A stretch of 64,000 nt of DNA from Mayamaea pseudoterrestris (taxonomy: Eukaryota), in contig BROI01000012.1 of assembly GCA_027923505.1 (NCBI GenBank), positions 806,001 through 870,000 of the forward strand, given 5' to 3'. This document shows, piece by piece, positions 57,501 through 64,000 of this stretch. Position 1 is the stretch's first letter. Every line of letters starts with the position of its first letter. The notes beneath the pieces are model-generated. The model did no database searches and was not told the DNA's origin. It saw nothing but the letters and a program-made list of their open reading frames with translations. The translations under genes and the position numbers were made by a program.

Positions 57501-60500
57501 TGGTGACAACTTGTCACCAGTCTCAGCCCGCAGATGCCGTGACATTCAAACACACCTACAGCAGGCCCTGTAGGTGCCCAAAATACACCAGAATGGTTCC
57601 AACATCGTTTGTAAAGCTGCGCTACAAGATGGTAGGCTTGGCTGGTGTCTCAGGGGATGGCAATGTATTTGGTGACAACTTGTCACCAGTCTCAGCCCGC
57701 AGATACCGTGACATTCAAACGGCCATACAGCAAGCCCTGTAGGTGCCCAAAATACACCAGAATGGTGCCAACATCATTATTCAGGCTGCGCTACAAGATG
57801 GTAGGCTTGGCTGGTGTCTCAGGGGATGGCAATGTATTTGGTGACAATTTGTCACCAGTCTCAGCCCGCAGATGCTGTGACATTCAAACGGCCATACAGC
57901 AAGCCCTGTAGGTGCCCAAAATACACCAGAATGGTTCCAACATCGTTTTTGAGGCTGCGCTACAAGATGGTAAGCTTGGCTGGTGTATCAGGGGATGGCA
58001 ATGTATTTGGTGACAACTTGTCACCAATCTCAGTCCGCAGATGCCATAACATTCAAACTCCCCTACAGCAAGCCCTGTAGGTGCCCAAAATACACCAGAA
58101 TGGTGCCAACATCATTATTCAGGCTGCGCTACAAGGTGGTAAGCTTTTCTGGTGTCTCAGGGGATGGCAATGATATTGGTGACAACTTGTCACCAGTCTC
58201 AGCCCGCGGATGCCGTGACATTCAAACGGCCCTACAGCAAGCCCTGTAGGTGCCCAAAATACACCAGAATGGTGCCAACATCAATATTCAGGCTGCGCAA
58301 CAAGATAGTATGCCTGGCTAGTGTCTCAGGGGATGGCAATGTATTTGGTGACAACTTGTCACCAGTCTCAGCCCGCAGATACCGTGACATTCAAACGGCC
58401 CTACAGCAAGCCCTGTAGGTGCCCAAAATACACCAGTATGGTTCCTAAATCGGTTTTGAGGCTGCGCTTCAAGATGGTAAGCTTGGCTGGTGTCTCAGGG
58501 GATGGCAATGTATTTGGTGACAACTTGTCCCAGTCTCAGCCCGCAGATGCCATGACATTCAAACCCCCTACAGCAAGCCCTGTAGGTGCCCAAAATACAC
58601 CAGAATGGTGCCAACATCTTTATTCAGGCTGCGCTACAAGATGGTAGGCTTGGCTGGTGTCTCAGGGGTTGGCAATGTATTTGGTGACAACTTGTCACCA
58701 GTCTCAGCCCGCAGATGCCGTGACATTCAAACCCCCCTACAGCAGGCCCTGTAGGTGCCCAAAATACACCAAAATGGTGCCAACATCATTATTCAGGCTG
58801 CGCTACAAGATGGTAAGCTTGGCTGGTGTCTCAGGGGTTGGCAATGTATTTGGTGACAACTTGTCACCAGTCTCAGCCCGCAGATGCCATGACATATAAA
58901 CGGCCATACAGCAAGCCCTGTAGGTGCCCAAAATACACCAGAATGGTTCCAACATCGTTTGTAAAGCTGCGCTACAAGATGGTGAGCTTGGCTGGTGTCT
59001 CAGGGGTTGGCAATGTATTTGGTGACAACTTGTCACCAGTCTCAGCCCGCAGATGCCGTGACATTCAAACGGCCATACAGCAAGCCCTGTAGGTGCCCAA
59101 AATACACCAGAATGGTGCCAACATCATTATTCAGGCTTCGCGACAAGATGGAAGGCTTGGCTGGTGTCTCAGGGGATGGCAATGTATTTGGTGACAAATT
59201 GTCACCAGTCTCAGCCCGCAGATGCCGTGACATTCAAACGGCCATACAGCAAGCCTGTAGGCGCCCAAAATACACCAGAAATGTGCCAACATCTTTATTC
59301 AGGCTGCGCTACAAGATGGTAGGCTTGGCTGGTGTCTCAGGGGATGGCAATGTATTTGGTGACAACTTGTCACCAGTCTCAGCCCGCAGATGCCGTGACA
59401 TTCAAACACACCTACAGCAGGCCCTGTAGGTGCCCAAAATACACCAGAATGGTTCCAACATCGTTTGGGAGGCTGCGCTACAAGATGGTAAGCTTGGCTG
59501 GTGTCTCAGGGGTTGGCAATGTATTTGGTGACAACTTGTCACCAGTCTCAGCCCGCAGATGCCGTGACATTCAAACGGCCATACAGCAAGCCCTGTAGGT
59601 GCCCAAAATACACCAGAATGGTGCCAACATCATTATTGAGGCTGCGCGACAAGATGGAAAGCTTGGCTGGTGTCTCAGGGGATGGCAATGTATTTGGTGA
59701 CAACTTGTCACCAGTCTCAGCCCGCAGATGCCGTGACATTCAAACACACCTACAGCAAGCCCTGTAGGTGCCCAAAATACACCAGAATGGTAACAACATC
59801 ATTATATAGGCTGCGCGACAAGATGGAAAGCTTGGCTGGTGTCTCAGTGGATGACATTGTATTTGGTGACAACTTGTCACCAGTCTCAGCCCGCAGATGC
59901 CGTGACATTCAAACGCCCCTACAGCAAGCCCTGTAGGTGCCCAAATTACACCAGAATGGTGCCAACATCCTTTTTCAGGCTGCGCTACAAGATGGTAGGC
60001 TTGGCTGGTGTCTCAGGGGATGGCAATGTATTTGGTGACAACTTGTCACCAATCTCAGCCCACAGATGCCATGACATTCAAATGGCCATACAGCAAGCCC
60101 TGTAGGTGTCCAAAATACACCAGAATGGTGACAACATCATTATTCAGGCTGCGCTACAAGATGGAAAGCTTGGCTGGTGTCTCAGTGGATGACAATGTAT
60201 TTGGTGACAAGTTGTCACCAGTCTCAGCCTGCAGATGCCGTGACATTCAGATGCCCCTACAACAGGCCATGTATACAACCAAATGACACCAGAATGGTGC
60301 CAACATCATTATTCAGGCTGCGCTAAAAGATGGTATGCCTGGCTAGTGTCTCAGGGGACGGCAATAATTTTGATGACAACTTGTCACCAGTCTCAGCCTG
60401 CAGATGCCGTGACATTCAAATGCCCCTACAGCAGGCCATGTATACAACCAAATGATACCAGACTTGTGCCAACATCATTATTCAGGCTGCGCTACAAGTT

Positions 60501-63500
60501 GGTATGCCTGGCAAGTGTCTCAGGGGACGGCAATGATATTGGCGAAAACGTGTCACCAGTCTCAGCCTGCAGATGCCATGACATTCAAACACACCTTCAG
60601 CAGGCCATGTATACACCCAAATGGCACCAGAATGGTGCCAACATCATTATTCAGGCTGCGCTACAAGATGGTATGCCTGGCTAGTGTCTCAGGGGATGGC
60701 AATGATATTGGTGACAACTTGTCACCAGTCTCAGCCTGCAGATGCCGTGACATTCAGATGCCCCTACAGCAGGCCATGTATACAACCAAATGACACCAGA
60801 ATGGTGCCAACATCATTATTCAGGCTGCGCTAAAAGATGGTATGCCTGGCTAGTGTCTCAGGGGACGGCAATAATTTTGATGACAACTTGTCACCAGTCT
60901 CAGCCTGCAGATGCCGTGACATTCAAACGCCCCTACAGCAGGCCATGTATACAACCAAATGATACCAGAATGGTGCCAACATCATTATTCAGGCTGCGCT
61001 ACAAGTTGGTATGCCTGGCAAGTGTCTCAGGGGACGGCAATGATATTGGCGAAAACGTGTCAGTAGTCTCAGCCTGCAGATGCCGTGACATTCAAACGCA
61101 TTTACAGCAGGCCATGTATTCAACCAAATAACACCAGAATGGTGCCAACATTATTGATCAGGCTGCGCTACAAGGTGGTATGCCTGGCTAGAGTCTCAGG
61201 GGATGGCAATGATATTGGTGACAACTTGTCACCAGTCTCAGCCTGCAGATGCCGTGACAGTCAAACGCCCCTACAGCAGGCCATGTATACACCCAAATGA
61301 CACCAGAATGGTGCCAACATCATTATTTAGGCTGCGCTACAAGGTGGTATGCCTGGCTAGTGTCTCAGGAAATGGCAATGATATTGGTGACAACTTGTCA
61401 CCAGTCTCAGCCTGCAGATGCCGTGACATTCAAACGCCCCTACAGCAGGCCATGTATACACCCAAATGACACCAGAATGGTGCCAACATCATGATTCAGG
61501 CTGCGCTACAAGATGGTATGCCTGGCTAGTGTCTCAGGGGACGGCAATGATATTGATGACAACTTGTCACCAGTCTCAGCCTGCAGATGCCGTGACATTC
61601 AAACCCCCCTACAGCGGGCCATGTATACGCCCAAATTACACCAGAATGGTGCCAGCATCATTATTCAGGCTGCGCTACAAGCTGGTATGCCTGGCTAGTG
61701 TCTCAGGGGACGGCAATGATATTGGTGACAACATGTCACCAGTCTCAGCCTGCAGATGCCGTGACATTCAAACGCCCCTACAGCAGGCCATGTATACACC
61801 CAAATTACACCAGAATGGTGCCAACATCATTATTCAGGCTGCGCTACAAGATGGTATGCCTGGATAGTGTCTCAGGGGACGGCAATGTGATTGGTGACAA
61901 CTTGTCACCAGTCTCAGCCTGCAGATGCCGTGACATTCAAACGCCCTTCAGCAGGCCATGTATACACCCAAATGACACCAAAATGGTGCCAACATCATTA
62001 TTCTGGCTGCGCTACAAGTTGGTATGCCTGGCTAGTGTCTCAGGGGACGGCAATGATATTGGTGACAACTTGTCACCAGTCTCAGCCTGCCGATGCCGTG
62101 ACATTCAAACGCCCTACAGCAATACACCAAATGACACAGAATGGTGCCCAACATCATTTTCAGCTGTGCAACAATGGTATCCTGGCTTCTCAAATGTTAA
62201 ACATCTCCACAAAGCCCCCATCTGTGGTGCAAATGCAGAATCGTTGCCTATTCAGGCTGCGCTACAAGATGAGTTTCCTGCTTGTCAATGATATTGGTGA
62301 CAACATGTAACCGTCTCCCAGCCTGCTACGTGACATTCAAACCCGCCTTAGGTACACCAAAATACACCCAGAATGGTGCCAACATCATTATTCAGGCTGC
62401 CCTACAAGATGGTATGCCTGGCTGAGTGTCTCTCAGGGGATGGGGTGTTGGCGACCAACTTGTCACCGTCTCTCAAGCCTCGAATCGTGACATTCACCCA
62501 CCGCACGCAATGACACTTCAGAATGGTCCATCATCATATTCGTTAACATGGTATGCTGGTATGGTGTGCTCGGGGATGGCAATGATATTGGTGACAACTT
62601 GTGTCACTCCTTCTCGTGCCTGACATTCAAACCCCACAGCCCATGTAGGTACCCAAAAACACACCAGAATGGTGCCAACATCATTATTCAGGCTGCGTAA
62701 ATGGTATGCCTGGCTAGTGTGTCAGAGGTGGCAATGATATTGGTGACAACTTGTCCCGTCTCAACCCAGATCCGTACATTCAAACGCTACAAAGCCATGT
62801 AGTACACCCAAATGACACCAGAATGGTGCCAACATCTGATTCAGACTGCGCTACAAGATGGTGTATGCCGTAGTGTCTCAGGGGACGGCAATGATAGTGG
62901 TAACAACTTGTCTCCAGTCTCCAGCCAGGGATCCGTGACATTCAAACCCCTAAGACAGCCTTTGTACACAAATACACCAGAATGGTGCCAACATCATTTC
63001 ATGCGCTTCGCTCGTTGGGGACGAATGATATTGGTACAACTTGTACGTCTACCTGACATTCAAACCTACACATGTAGTACCAAGAACAAATTGCAACATC
63101 TTATTCAGACTGCGCTACAATGTCCTGGTGTTCTAGAATATAATGGTGACAACTTGTCACTCTCCTGAACCGCCCAGCCATGTATACACCCAAATAACAC
63201 CAAATGTAACATGTTTCGGCTGCTTACAAGATGGTATACCTGGCTAGTGTCTCAGGGGACGGCAATGATATTGGTAACAACTTGTCACCAGTCTCAGCTC
63301 GATGCCGTGACATTCAAACGCCCCTACAACAGGCCTGTTGCCCCAAATACACCAGAATGGTGCCAACATCATTATTCAGGCATGCGCTACAAGATGGTAT
63401 GCCTGGCTGGTGTCTCAGGGGACGAGATATTGGTGACAACTTGTCACCTCTCACACATTCAACGCCCCACGGCCCTGTGTACCCCAAATAACACCAGAAT

Positions 63501-64000
63501 GGTGCCAAAATCATTATTCGAGGCTGCGCAACAAATGGTATGCCTGGCTGTGTCTCGGGGGATGTATTGGTGACAACTTCTCCTCCTACACACCCCTACA
63601 GCAGCCATGTATACACCCAAAACAATTCAAATCATTATTCAGGCTGCGCCAACGAGATGGTATGCCTGGCTGGGTGTCTCAGGCGGCAATGATATTGGTG
63701 ACAACTTGTCACGAGTCTCACCTCACCGACATTCAACCCCTCAACAGCCATGTTACACCCAAATGTCACCAGAATGGTCCATCTTGCGTCAAATGTATCC
63801 TGGCTAGTGTCTCAGGGGTTGGCAATGATATTGGTGACAACTTGTCACATCTCGCCCGCAGATCCGTGACACAAACCTGTGCACCGTCTCACCTGCAGAT
63901 CCGTGACATTCAAACACCCTACAGCAGGCCATATATACACCAAATGACACCAGAATGTGCCACATCTATTCGCTGCGCAACAGTTTCTTTCTCAGGGGAC
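42572..64000. repeat. Satellite C, about 125 tandem units of 169 bp, with two subfamilies and higher-order duplications; degraded after about 62110
   Basis: Consensus ...caggctgcgctacaagatggta(g/t/a)gc...gtgtctcaggggatggcaatg...tggtgacaacttgtcaccagtctcagcc...gtgacattcaaac...caccagaatggtgccaacatcattatt. The 169-bp period is visible in the ORF track. Confidence 0.98.
46591..46788. repeat. 198-bp non-satellite 'head', copy 2, embedded inside satellite C
   Basis: Reads identical to 42374-42571 and is followed by the same diagnostic monomer variants (gggggatgtctcagtagact, ttccagctgcgttac). Confidence 0.95.

Noticed and set aside
42634..63807. Repeated ORFs in satellite C with ankyrin-like words (TPLQQA...NGANII) and splice-like sites (ATG|GTAAG/GTATG, CTGTAG|)
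   Set aside because: The 169-bp period shifts frame each unit, and the TPL-to-GA spacing is about 6 residues too short for ankyrin. Candidate exons (58/67/70 nt) are not 3n, and many copies lose the GT (gaaagc, gaaggc).
42572..64000. CRISPR-like array (regularly spaced palindromic repeats)
   Set aside because: Sequences between the palindromes are themselves repeated, not unique spacers. No cas genes are present and the context is eukaryotic.
62110..64000. Apparently ancient, degenerate satellite C monomers
   Set aside because: Abrupt onset and deletion-dominated errors look like low-coverage long-read consensus near a contig end rather than biological decay.

Overview
Eukaryotic nuclear DNA, very probably from a diatom: GT-AG introns are mostly 75-105 bp, VIPP1 has a signal peptide plus 'GTA-FAP' plastid-targeting motif, and TrpC-TrpF are fused. 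The window has three parts. (1) 1-10434 is satellite DNA: a 348-bp tandem family interrupted by 20 units of a 371-bp family. (2) About 10.6-42.2 kb is a compact, CpG-rich island of 14 intact genes plus one frameshifted ORF pair: VIPP1/IM30, a LEA_2-like protein, a Cys-rich membrane protein, a CELF-type RRM protein, an FkbM methyltransferase, RMI1, two Cys-motif+ARM proteins, an ankyrin-like RING protein, a ferredoxin-like/TPR protein, two TDP2-like paralogues flanking TrpCF, and an FAD monooxygenase. (3) 42572-64000 is about 125 copies of a 169-bp satellite with subfamilies and higher-order duplications. The most notable unexplained structure is in the satellites. All three families reduce to nucleosome-sized monomers (169; 170+178; about 183+188) and share the 9-mer CAGTCTCAG. 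All carry palindromes with a one-base centre, and the pair in the 348-bp family shows mirror-compensated substitutions. The 371- and 169-bp arrays show CpG-decay signatures. A duplicated ~200-bp 'head' with a tRNA-like B-box and hairpin precedes the 169-bp array. The many short ORFs in the arrays are repeat artefacts. All calls come from reading the sequence by eye; no database searches were run.
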